Assembly (NCBI RefSeq): GCF_001017655.1
Contig: NZ_CP010904.1
Span: forward strand, 2,730,001 to 2,762,000
Reading direction: 5' to 3'
DNA length: 32,000 bases
Origin: Kiritimatiella glycovorans
GTDB lineage: Bacteria > Verrucomicrobiota > Kiritimatiellia > Kiritimatiellales > Kiritimatiellaceae
Positions 1 to 8,331 of this stretch are shown here, in pieces (the stretch's first letter is position 1; each line of letters begins with the position of its first letter). The notes under the pieces are model-generated. The model was not told where the DNA came from, ran no database searches, and saw only the letters and a list, made by a program, of their open reading frames with translations. The position numbers were made by a program, and so were the translations under genes.

Positions 1-1079
1 GTCCCCGAAATCGAAACGGTCTTCGTCCCCTCGGGGACCTCGTCGAGCGGGATGTACTTATCCTCGTCCGGCGCGAAGACCATCAGCTTGAACGGCACCA
101 TCGCCACGCCCAGCTCCTCTTCGTGTTCGCGGAGCAGCTCCTGCGCGTCGTACGGTCCGTAGAACGGCGTGCCCGAGGAGTCCTTGCCGGGGCCGGCGTG
201 GTCGCGGCCGACGATCAGGTGCGTGCAGCCGTGGTTCTTGCGAATGATCGCATGCCAGACCGCCTCGCGCGGGCCGCCCATCCGCATGGCCAGCGGGAGC
301 AGCGAGAGCGCCACGGTATCCTTGGGATAATGCGGCAGCAGCGCCTTGTAGCACCGCACGCGCGTATAATGGTCGACATCGCCGGGTTTGGTCATCCCGA
401 CCACCGGATGGATCAGCAGGTTCGCCTCGGTCTCCTTCGCCGCGCGCAGGGTCAGTTCCTGGTGCGCCCGGTGCATCGGGTTGCGCGTCTGGAAGGCGAC
501 CACCTTGCGCCACCCCTTGCGCCTGAAGTCGGCGCGGAGTTCGGCCGGAGTCAACCGGATATCCTTGGAGTCGTAATGGACCGGCATGCACACCCCTTCG
601 ACCTCGCCGCCGACATACCATCCGTTCGTGCTGTTCATCAGGTAGTCGACGCCGGGGTGCTCGCTGTTGTCGGTACCGAAGACCTGCTTCGCCTCCTCCG
701 CGCGGTCCGGCTGCCAGACGTCGCTCACGTTCAGGACCGCCAGCATGACGCCTTCCGGGTCGCGCAGCGCGAGTTTCGCGCCGGACTCGAGCCCCTTCGC
801 CGTTTCCTCGTCCACGTCGAGCATGATCGGCATGGGCCACAGCGTACCGTCCTCCAGCCGCATCGAGCTGCAGACGGACTCGTGATCAGCCTTGCCCATG
901 AACCCGCGCAGCGGCGAAAAGCTGCCGTTCATCAGCAGTTCGAGATCGCACATCTGCCGGCCGTTCAGATCCCAGGAAGGCCATTCCTTCGAATGCGCCT
1001 TCAACTCGGCCGCGCGTTCTTCCGATACCATCAGGTCGATGAGTTCACCCCCGTGCGGGGCGATGAGATGATCGCTCAT
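1..1079 (-). CDS. sat: Sulfate adenylyltransferase (ATP sulfurylase); C-terminal part lies beyond the window edge
   Basis: Not in the ORF track because no stop lies inside the window. My minus-strand translation from the ATG at 1079 reads MSDHLIAPHGGELIDLMVSEERAAELKAHSKEW... It contains the ATP-sulfurylase signatures FQTRNPMHRAHQEL and IVGRDHAGPG in frame. An AAAGGAAAG RBS-like purine run lies upstream. The track ORFs 58..840(-) and 123..1382(+) are shadows of this gene. Confidence 0.9.
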   Translation of the reverse strand, partial: MSDHLIAPHGGELIDLMVSEERAAELKAHSKEWPSWDLNGRQMCDLELLMNGSFSPLRGFMGKADHESVCSSMRLEDGTLWPMPIMLDVDEETAKGLESGAKLALRDPEGVMLAVLNVSDVWQPDRAEEAKQVFGTDNSEHPGVDYLMNSTNGWYVGGEVEGVCMPVHYDSKDIRLTPAELRADFRRKGWRKVVAFQTRNPMHRAHQELTLRAAKETEANLLIHPVVGMTKPGDVDHYTRVRCYKALLPHYPKDTVALSLLPLAMRMGGPREAVWHAIIRKNHGCTHLIVGRDHAGPGKDSSGTPFYGPYDAQELLREHEEELGVAMVPFKLMVFAPDEDKYIPLDEVPEGTKTVSISG

Positions 1080-1344
1080 TACTTCTTTCCTTTCTTTTCA
1101 ACTTTGAAACACGCGACACCCGCGTATTTCCCTCATTTACAGATCGTTCATACTCAATCGCGGGAGCATGACCGAAATGGACCGGAATGCCGAGACGATA
1201 GTCCGCGGCGCTTATCCGGTTCAAACTCCGTGCCCGGAACCCCTTTTCAGAATCCGGACCCCTTTATTCCAACGACTCTCTTTCCGAAGCAAATAAAATC
1301 AGGCTCACAAGTCTGCCTCAGCAGATCCCTCTGCAGGAATCGGG

Positions 1345-3111
1345 TCAGAAGGACCAGATCACCGGTGCGAGGCCGACGCTGATGACGCCGAACAGCACAT
1401 TGAGCGCGAACCCGACCCGGAAGTAATCCGTAAAGCGGTAGCCCCCCGGCCCGTAGACCATCAGGTTGGTCTGGTAGCCGACCGGCGTGGCGAAACTTGC
1501 CGAGGCGGCCACGGCCACGCACATCACGAAGGGCAGCGGGCTGACGCCCAGGTTGCCGGCCATGGTCACCGCGACCGGAAAGATCAGCGCGGCCGCGGCG
1601 TTGTTCGTGATCAGCTCGGTGAACAGCGAGGTCGCCACGTAAACCCCCGCCAGCGCCAGCCACGGGTGGTTCCCCGCCGCGGCCAGCAGGCCTTCCGCGA
1701 TCCATCCGGCGGCTCCGGTTTGGTCGAGCGCGCGCCCCATCGCCAGCGCCGAGGCGATCACCAGCAGCACACTCCACTCGATGTTCGTGCGCGCCCGGCC
1801 CGGCGAGCAGCACCCGGTCAGCAGCATCAGCGCCGCGGCCAGCATCGCCGCCTGGAGCATGCTCAGCCAGCCGAACGCCGCGGCGGCCACCATGCCGGCA
1901 AAAATCAATCCGGCCGCGGGCGCGCGCGAAAACCGCACGGGCCGGGAGTCCTCGACTTCGCTGACGAGGTAGAAATCGCGCGAATCGCGCTGCCGCGGCG
2001 CGAATCCCGCATGCGCCTCCACCAGCAGCGTATCGCCCGGCCGCAGTACGATATCGCCGATCCGCCCCGGAATACGTTCTCCGCGGCGCGCCACGGCAAT
2101 CACCGCGGCGTTGTACCGGTCGCGGAACCGCCCCGCCCGGATACTGCGGCCCAGCAGCGGACAATGGTCCGAGACCACCACCTCCACCAGCCGCCGCTCG
2201 CGGTCCTCGCCGTCGAGCTTGAATACCTGGTCCGGCGCGGCCTGCAGCCCGCGCCGGGCGCGCAGGTCGCGGATCGACTCCACACTCCCCGCGAACACCA
2301 GCCGGTCGCGCTCGCGCAGCTCCGTATCCGGCGGCGGCGCCTGGATCAGGTGATCGCCGCGCACGATCTCGACGAGGTACCCGCCGGGCAGGTGGCGCAG
2401 CCCCGCGTCCTCGATCGTTTTCCCCGCCAGCGCGCTGCCTCCGGCGACCTCCATCTCCAGCGTGTACTCGCGCGTGTCGCCGAAGAGCCGGTCCGTTCCC
2501 TCGCGGTCGGGAATCATGCGGCGCCCGACGGTGGCCAGGTAGATCACGCCCGCGAGCGCGCAGGGCAACCCCAGCGCGGTGATCTCGAACACCCCCATGC
2601 CGCGCCCGAGGCGGTCCTGCATCAGACCGCTGACCACCAGGTTGGTGCTGGTGCCGATCAGCGTGCAGACGCCGCCGAAGATCGACGCGTAGCTCAGCGG
2701 CAACATGAACTTCGCCGGTCTGAAATCCAGACTCCGGCACCACTGCCGCACCACCGGGATGAATAGCGCCACCACCGGGGTGTTGTTCAGAAACGCGCTC
2801 AGCCCCATCACCGGCGCCATCAGCCGGAGCTGGCCGCCCCGTTCCGAAGACGGCCTCCCCAGCACGTGGTGACCGATCCAGAAGAGCGCCCCGGTCTCCT
2901 GGATTCCCGCCACCACGACATACAGCGTGCCCACCGTGATTACCCCCGGCGAACTGAACCCGGCCAGCGCCTCGCCGGGACCGAGCACCCCGGTCACCAG
3001 CAGCACCGCCAACCCGCCGAGAAAGACGAAATCCGCCGGCCAGCGCGCCATGGCCAGCAGGAGAAAGACTCCCGCGACCACGGAAACGGTGATGACGGCG
3101 TCCGGGGTCAT
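1345..3111 (-). CDS. SLC13/DASS-type anion permease with two central TrkA-C domains (putative sulfate or dicarboxylate transporter)
   Basis: 588-aa ORF with hydrophobic multi-pass N- and C-terminal halves. Two soluble TrkA-C-like segments lie between them (LEMEVAGGSALAGKTIEDAGLR..., VEVVVSDHCPLLGRSIRAGRFRDRY...). It sits between cysQ and sat on the same strand. Confidence 0.75.
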   Translation of the reverse strand: MTPDAVITVSVVAGVFLLLAMARWPADFVFLGGLAVLLVTGVLGPGEALAGFSSPGVITVGTLYVVVAGIQETGALFWIGHHVLGRPSSERGGQLRLMAPVMGLSAFLNNTPVVALFIPVVRQWCRSLDFRPAKFMLPLSYASIFGGVCTLIGTSTNLVVSGLMQDRLGRGMGVFEITALGLPCALAGVIYLATVGRRMIPDREGTDRLFGDTREYTLEMEVAGGSALAGKTIEDAGLRHLPGGYLVEIVRGDHLIQAPPPDTELRERDRLVFAGSVESIRDLRARRGLQAAPDQVFKLDGEDRERRLVEVVVSDHCPLLGRSIRAGRFRDRYNAAVIAVARRGERIPGRIGDIVLRPGDTLLVEAHAGFAPRQRDSRDFYLVSEVEDSRPVRFSRAPAAGLIFAGMVAAAAFGWLSMLQAAMLAAALMLLTGCCSPGRARTNIEWSVLLVIASALAMGRALDQTGAAGWIAEGLLAAAGNHPWLALAGVYVATSLFTELITNNAAAALIFPVAVTMAGNLGVSPLPFVMCVAVAASASFATPVGYQTNLMVYGPGGYRFTDYFRVGFALNVLFGVISVGLAPVIWSF

Positions 3112-3252
3112 GTTTCAGAGGAGAGGTGGGATTGCAGCACGGGGGAGTCCGCACTCACCTGAAACTTGAGTACAATATCAGAGTCAGCATTAGAGCCGGA
3201 GTAAGAGGACCGTTTCACACTCCCATCCAACTTCCCCCTCCTCAATCGCCGC

Positions 3253-4074
3253 TCACAGAACCCCCGGCACGGCGGCGATGAAGTACGGGTTGAGGAGGTC
3301 CTGCTTGTTGTAGCGCAGCGGTACGTCCGTCCCGTGCTGCAGGACCACGCCGCCCGCGGCTTCGACGACGGCCTGCGCGGCGGCGGTGTCCCATTCCATC
3401 GTGGGCGCAATACGGGGATACACATCCGCCGCGCCCTCGGCGACCAGGCAGAGCTTGAGCGAACTGCCCTTCGACACCAGTTCGGCCGGCCCGTATTGGG
3501 CCTCGAGTTCGGCAATAAACTGTTCCGTGGCCTCGTTGCGGTGAGAGCGGGAGGCGACCACGCGGATGCCGCCCGGGTCCCCCGGCCCCTCGCCGAGCGT
3601 TGGCAGCGCCGCTTCCTCGAGCGCACCGGGGAGATCGTCCGCCGAATGGAAGTGCGTGCCCTTCAGGAGCCTCCAGGCCCCTTCGCCCGCGACCCCGAGA
3701 TAGGCCGTGTTCAGCACGGGCGCGTAGACGGCCCCCATCACCGGCACACCGCTTTCGATCAGGGCGATGTTGACCGTGAATTCGCCGTTCTTTTTGATGA
3801 ATTCCTTTGTTCCGTCGAGCGGATCGACCAGCCAGAATCGTTCCCAGTCCTTCCGTTCCGCATAAGGGATCTCCGCGCTCTCTTCCGACAGGACCGGGAT
3901 TCCCGTGGGTTCAAGTTTCTTCAGGATGATGTCGTGCGACGCGCGGTCCGCCTCCGTCAGCGGCGAATCGTCGGCCTTGTGCTCCACGTCGAAATCGCGC
4001 GCGTAGACCTCCAGGATCGCCGCGGTGGCCTCGAGTTCGGCTTCAAGCAGCAGTCTCAGCTGTTCAGAGTTCAT
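3253..4074 (-). CDS. cysQ: 3'(2'),5'-bisphosphate nucleotidase CysQ (inositol monophosphatase family)
   Basis: 273 aa with IMPase/CysQ motifs (SPLTEADRASH, WLVDPLDGTKEF, VASRSH). A GAGGAG RBS lies 6-7 nt upstream of the ATG at 4074. Confidence 0.85.
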   Translation of the reverse strand: MNSEQLRLLLEAELEATAAILEVYARDFDVEHKADDSPLTEADRASHDIILKKLEPTGIPVLSEESAEIPYAERKDWERFWLVDPLDGTKEFIKKNGEFTVNIALIESGVPVMGAVYAPVLNTAYLGVAGEGAWRLLKGTHFHSADDLPGALEEAALPTLGEGPGDPGGIRVVASRSHRNEATEQFIAELEAQYGPAELVSKGSSLKLCLVAEGAADVYPRIAPTMEWDTAAAQAVVEAAGGVVLQHGTDVPLRYNKQDLLNPYFIAAVPGVL

Positions 4075-4089
4075 CGATGCTCCTCAGTT

Positions 4090-5115
4090 TTTGGGGGCGG
4101 GGGAACGGCGCTGCGCGCCTCGGGGGAAACGTGGCAACGGCGCTGCGCGCCTCGTGGGAACGCTTCGCTCGTGAAAACGGCGCTGCGCGCCTCGTAGGAA
4201 ACGGCCTTCGGCCTCGAAACAACGCTGCGCTCGTGGGAACGACATTCCCCCCGATTGCCACGATCTTCCTCGATTGCCACGAGGCCCGTCAGGGCCGTTG
4301 ACACGATCTTCCACGCTTCGCTCGTGAAAACGGCCTTCGGCCTCGAAACAACGCTGCGCTCGTGGGAACGACATTCCCCCCGATTGCCACGATCTTCCTC
4401 GATTGCCACGAGGCCCGTCAGGGCCGTTGACACGATCTTCCACGCTTCGCTCGGGGCAACGGCCTTCGGCCTCGGGGGGAACGTGGCAACGGCGCTGCGC
4501 GCCTCGTGAAAACGCTGCGCTCGTGAGGACGCTTCGCTCGAGGCAACGGCGCTGCGCGCCTCGTGGGAAACGGCCTTCGGCCTCGAAACAACGCTGCGCT
4601 CGTGGGAACGACATTCCCCCCGATTGCCACGATCTTCCTCGATTGCCACGAGGCCCGTCAGGGCCGTTGACACGATCTTCCACGCTTCGCTCGTGAAAAC
4701 GGCCTTCGGCCTCGGGGGGAACGTGGCAACGGCGCTGCGCGCCTCGGGGAAACGCTGCGCTCGTGAGAACGGCGCTGCGCGCCTCGGGGCAACGCTTCGC
4801 TCGGGGCAACGGCACGTCCCCCGACTGCCACGAGGCCCGAGAGGGCCGTTGACACGACTTCCCCCCGATTGCCACGAGGCCCGTAAGGGCCGTTGACACG
4901 ATCTTCCACGCTTCGCTCGGGGCAACGGCGCTGCGCGCCTCGGGGCAACGCTTCGCTCGGGGAAACGGCACGTCCCCCGACTGCCACGAGGCCCGAGAGG
5001 GCCGTTGACACGACTTCCCCCCGATTGCCACGAGGCCCGTAAGGGCCGTTGACACGACTTCCCCCCGACTTCCTCGAGGCCCGTCAGGGCCGTTGCCACG
5101 ACTCTCCCCCCGACT
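4090..5115 (-). repeat. Hairpin-module array 1 (about 1.0 kb; strand given is the one carrying the GNA triloops)
   Basis: Plus strand is a continuous concatenation of four triloop modules: GGCGCTGCGCGCC (8 by eye), GGCCTTCGGCC (5), GCTTCGC (8) and GCTGCGC (5). They are joined by linkers such as TCGTGGGAAAC, TCGTGAAAAC and TCGGGGCAAC. There are also 8 GGCCC-N4-GGGCC hairpins (loops GTCA, GTAA, GAGA). A 122-bp block is repeated identically at 4203, 4332 and 4572. The region is open in several frames on both strands, so it is not coding. Confidence 0.9.
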
Positions 5116-5233
5116 CATATCTCTCACTCAACCCGGACAGGCTCCCGCCCTCGGTCGATCGGGATCGCTTTCCCGAAACCTTCCCTGCGTGTCTTCAAAT
5201 GTCGGCGGGAACTCACGGTTCTCGCTTTGGTCT

Positions 5234-5800
5234 TCAGCCCCGGCGCCGCTCCAGCGGATGGCGGTCGTCGGTACTGACCGCCCGGGCGTCGAACTCGAGT
5301 TCGATGGTGCGCCCGAGCATTTCGAGAAGCACCTGCACGCGGCGGGTGGCGGACATGACGTTCGTCACCCGGACCCGCAGTCCCTGCAGGCGCCCCTCAC
5401 AGATCGTCACTTCCTCGCCGGGACGCGGGAGGTCCTCGATGACCGCCGTCTCGTCGACGCCGAGATCGCGGCGAAGGTCTTGAATAAATTCTTCCGGGAT
5501 GTCCGGTGTCTGCTCGCCGAAGTGGACGAGTCCCCGCACGCCGGGGGCGTAGCCGACCCCGCGCCACTCGTGCCGGCGGTCGAAGTGTGCAAAGACATAT
5601 CCCGGGAACAGCGCCTCCTGGAACCAGACGGGACCGCGTACCGTTTTCTTGCGAAAGCGCATTTGAGGTCCGAACACCTCGAATCCGCGCTCCTTAAGAA
5701 TCTTCCCCGCAATCCCCTCGCGACGGGTCTGCGTACGCACGCAATACCAGCGGCGTTCTTTCCCCTCCATCCCCGCCTTCATGTCCTCCATGCCCTTCAT
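5234..5800 (-). CDS. Specialised NusG-family paralog (RfaH/UpxY-like transcription antiterminator)
   Basis: NGN-like N-terminus (RRWYCVRTQTRREGIAGKILKERGFEVFGPQ, LFPGYVFAHF) and a KOW-like C-terminus (GEEVTICEGRLQGLRVRV). The first ATG is at 5800; the track start at 5806 is TTG. About 188 aa and standalone, not in the secE-nusG-rplK context. Confidence 0.7.
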   Translation of the reverse strand: MKGMEDMKAGMEGKERRWYCVRTQTRREGIAGKILKERGFEVFGPQMRFRKKTVRGPVWFQEALFPGYVFAHFDRRHEWRGVGYAPGVRGLVHFGEQTPDIPEEFIQDLRRDLGVDETAVIEDLPRPGEEVTICEGRLQGLRVRVTNVMSATRRVQVLLEMLGRTIELEFDARAVSTDDRHPLERRRG

Positions 5801-5812
5801 GGTCAATCTCTC

Positions 5813-6295
5813 TTAACGGTCGATCATCTTCATCACCAGCGGGAGCACGGTGGTGCCCTTCCGATGCCAGTTTTCCAGGTGTTCGACCTTCTCTTCCAGA
5901 AACGGGCGCTGCGCCTCCGGCATTGCGCCGACCAGTTCCCGCATACGCTTCAGGCGCTGTTCGCCGCTCTCCAGGTGCGGCTGGAGTTCTTCATCGACGA
6001 ATCCGGCGGCGATCCTGCGCAGCTGATCCTCCGCCACGTAATAGTCGCGGCGGGAGCCCGGGAGGTAGACCGGTTTCACGGCGCGGAATGAGCGCAGTAT
6101 GCGCAGGCCCTGGCTGACCGAGCCCTTACTGATGTTGAGGCGCGCCATGAGGTCGTCAATGCAGAGCGGTTCCGGGGAGATGAACAGGAGCCCGTAGAGT
6201 TCGCCCACCGAGCGGGGAAGATTGAGCATCCCGGCCATACGAACGAAGAGTTCGATCACCTCGCGCTCCAGATCGCTGATTGTGCGCTGTTCCAT
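5813..6295 (-). CDS. GbsR/MarR-family winged-helix transcriptional regulator
   Basis: Core ELYGLLFISPEPLCIDDLMARLNISKGSVSQGLRILRSFRAVKPVYLPGSRRDYYVAE matches the GbsR-type HTH pattern. I prefer the ATG at 6295 (MEQRTISDLE...) to the TTG at 6385, which overlaps the AT-rich palindrome. Confidence 0.7.
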   Translation of the reverse strand: MEQRTISDLEREVIELFVRMAGMLNLPRSVGELYGLLFISPEPLCIDDLMARLNISKGSVSQGLRILRSFRAVKPVYLPGSRRDYYVAEDQLRRIAAGFVDEELQPHLESGEQRLKRMRELVGAMPEAQRPFLEEKVEHLENWHRKGTTVLPLVMKMIDR

Positions 6296-6383
6296 CTTTG
6301 TGTCCACGGGCGTCCCTCCCGCGCGGGAGAGTGGCGGCATCTCATGCTTATGCGCCTGTATAGGACCGATTTGAAAGAGATGC

Positions 6384-6419
6384 AACCATATCGTTCAATT
6401 ATTATTGAACATTATGGTT
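6384..6419. promoter_or_regulatory. AT-rich imperfect palindrome, candidate operator/promoter of the GbsR-like regulator
   Basis: AACCATATCGTTCAAT-TATT-ATTGAACATTATGGTT has 16-nt arms matching at 14/16. It lies in a conspicuously AT-rich gap (6386-6473) of a GC-rich genome, directly upstream of the minus-strand regulator gene. Confidence 0.4.
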
Positions 6420-6473
6420 CGATGAGTTTCGGGTTAAAGGCGGATAGCGTTCTGACCACCTCAGCTCGGATAT

Positions 6474-7439
6474 CTACTCAACCTCCACCCCTCTGATCGC
6501 GGCGATGCCGAGCGCGAGCACCGCGACAAGGCAGGCGGCGGCGTAGGAGAGCACGGAACATGTGTACGACCACGGAACGCGGCCGCCGCCGGCGAGCCCG
6601 TCGACCACCCAGAAGTGCTGCCAGTCGGGGATGACGGCGTAGAGCACCCCCGCGATAAGATGAGTATCGGCGTGCCGGCCAAACAGGTAATACGAACTCA
6701 ATCCGAGCAGAAAGATCAATGTGACCGCGAACAGCGTGGGCAGCGTATCGAGCCGCACCGAGATGGCCAGCGCGATCGCCGAAAGCAGAAGCACCGCTGC
6801 GCCCACCAGCGTGGTCACCGGCCACAGCCTAAGGTCATAGGCCCCGCCGAACGCAGTCCATCCGCCCTGTGTATCCAGGAAACCCACAAAGACATAAGCG
6901 GCCGCCGCCGCCGCGACCGTCCCGGAAAAAGCCGCCGCCGGAAAGGACCGCCGCGTTGCGTAATTCAGCACCCCTCCGAGCAGGCATCCCGCCGCCGGGA
7001 CCGCCAGCAGCGGTACGCCCGCCCACCCGTCGAAGTGGAACGAAGGATGCGCCATGCGCGCACTCATGATTACCGCCATCGACATCGCCGCGCCGAACAG
7101 GACCAGCACCGCGCCCACCCCGAAGGCCTTGCCGAGAAAGAAGAGGGCGCGATTGACGGGCTTGCTCAGGATCCCGGACGCCGTGCCGCCCCGCAACTCG
7201 TGCGCGAGCGTCGTTCCCGCGGCGTAAGCGCCGAGCAGGAGACCGCTCACCAGAAACACCGCCAGGCCGCTGTCGCGCACCATCCGCTCCGACTCGCCAA
7301 GCGTATACAGGGAGAACAGCGGCAACAGTCCTACCAGCAGGATGCCAAGCGTCGTCACCAGCATCGTCACCGGCTGACGCACGACCTCCCGGACCGTCAA
7401 CCCGGCCACGACGAAGAACTGTCGGAATAGGATCGTCAT
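6474..7439 (-). CDS. Multi-pass membrane protein, ABC-2-type transporter permease-like (no ATPase partner in window)
   Basis: About 321 aa from the ATG at 7439 (MTILFRQFFVVAGLTVREVV...), hydrophobic throughout. The track ORF extends to 7736 only because it reads into array 2; that N-terminal 99 aa is the repetitive RP-rich array translation. Confidence 0.55.
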   Translation of the reverse strand: MTILFRQFFVVAGLTVREVVRQPVTMLVTTLGILLVGLLPLFSLYTLGESERMVRDSGLAVFLVSGLLLGAYAAGTTLAHELRGGTASGILSKPVNRALFFLGKAFGVGAVLVLFGAAMSMAVIMSARMAHPSFHFDGWAGVPLLAVPAAGCLLGGVLNYATRRSFPAAAFSGTVAAAAAAYVFVGFLDTQGGWTAFGGAYDLRLWPVTTLVGAAVLLLSAIALAISVRLDTLPTLFAVTLIFLLGLSSYYLFGRHADTHLIAGVLYAVIPDWQHFWVVDGLAGGGRVPWSYTCSVLSYAAACLVAVLALGIAAIRGVEVE

Positions 7440-7489
7440 GGATTTCACAAAACAGGATGTAGCATGGAAGAAACCGCGAAACAACAGAG

Positions 7490-8210
7490 GGTTCGGGGAA
7501 ATCGCGGGAACGGCCTTCGGCCTCGGAGGGGGAACGTGGAAACGGCGCTGCGCGCCTCGTGGGGAACGTGGAAACGGCGCTGCGCGCCTCGTGGGAACGC
7601 TGCGCTCGGGGAAACGGCCTTCGGCCTCGGAACAACGCTTCGCTCGTGGGAACGGCGCTGCGCGCCTCGTGGGAAACGGCCTTCGGCCTCGAAACAACGC
7701 TGCGCTCGTGGAAACAGCACGTCCCCCGACTGCCACGATCTTCCCCGATTGCCACGAGGCCCGTCAGGGCCGTTGCCACGACTCTCTTCCCGACTTCCTC
7801 GAGGCCCGTCAGGGCCGTTGCCACGGTTTCCCCGATTGCCACGATCTTCCACGCTTCGCTCGTGGGAACGGCGCTGCGCGCCTCGGGGAAACGCTTCGCT
7901 CGAGTAAACGGCCTTCGGCCTCGGGGGGATCGTGGAAACGGCCTTCGGCCTCGGAACAACGCTTCGCTCGTGGGAACGGCGCTGCGCGCCTCGTGGGAAA
8001 CGGCCTTCGGCCTCGGAACAACGCTTCGCTCGTGAAAACGACATTCCCCCCGACTTTCTCGAGGCCCCTGGGCCGTTGCCACGACTCCCCCCGACTTTCA
8101 CGAGGCCCGTCAGGGCCGTTGCCACGACTTCCCCCCCCCACTGCCACGAGGCCCGAGAGGGCCGTTGCCACGACTCCCCCCCCGACTTCCCCCGATCTCC
8201 ACGATTCCGG
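7490..8210 (-). repeat. Hairpin-module array 2 (about 0.72 kb; same plus-strand orientation as array 1)
   Basis: Same module set: GGCGCTGCGCGCC (5), GGCCTTCGGCC (6), GCTTCGC (5), GCTGCGC (2). There are 4 intact and 1 degenerate GGCCC-N4-GGGCC hairpins, mostly in the right third (8040-8200). Poly-C runs there vary in length. A 58-bp stretch (GGCGCTGCGCGCCTCGTGGGAAACGGCCTTCGGCCTCGAAACAACGCTGCGCTCGTGG) is identical to array 1. Confidence 0.9.
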
Positions 8211-8331
8211 CGACTCATTTTGATCTTACTTTACCACCGGCACGGCATCTGACATGATGGGGGAGTGACGGAAAACTGAACCGGGACGGCCCGGATGAAA
8301 TGGTTGAAGTGGACTGAAAGGAGGACACGGA

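Noticed and set aside
1080-1344. 265-bp leader upstream of sat inspected for a riboswitch or attenuator.
   Set aside because: Only short 4-5 bp stems were seen, with no motif I can match to a known riboswitch class. It is left as an unannotated intergenic region.
123-1382. Track ORFs 123..1382(+) and 58..840(-), and many similar long antisense or out-of-frame ORFs. Examples: 1247..3154, 1666..2766, 3334..4197, 8215..9252, 11232..12194, 12637..14088, 12963..14132, 14305..15237, 15194..16363, 16532..17794, 18774..19682, 19726..21900, 21227..22840, 23157..24170, 27864..28868, 28325..29725, 30388..31125.
   Set aside because: They overlap genes with clear family signatures on the other strand or frame. 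Their translations are Arg/Pro/Gly/Ala-rich low-complexity strings typical of high-GC shadow ORFs.
4090-5115. Possible CRISPR array. The units resemble a CRISPR repeat (GC hairpin followed by a GGGAAAC/GTGAAAAC tail).
   Set aside because: Units follow each other with no unique spacers. Unit lengths vary from 8 to 44 nt and several module types are interleaved. No cas genes or leader are present in the window. The same applies to 7490-8210 and 9518-10240.
4071-5127. Long ORFs across the arrays: 4071..5099(-), 4084..5127(-), 7445..8218(-), 6835..8082(-), 7438..8223(+), 8958..10259(+), 9604..10272(+), 9665..10282(+).
   Set aside because: The same DNA is open in several frames on both strands at once. 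The translations are repetitive Arg/Pro/Ala/Gly strings that simply mirror the DNA repeat. No RBS or start context or domain-like sequence is present. The open frames reflect the lack of stop codons in this GC-rich repeat.
7440-7736. N-terminal extension of the ABC-2 permease ORF to 7736.
   Set aside because: The extra 99 residues are array-2 translation (RRAAPFPRAKR...). The hydrophobic protein begins at the internal ATG at 7439.
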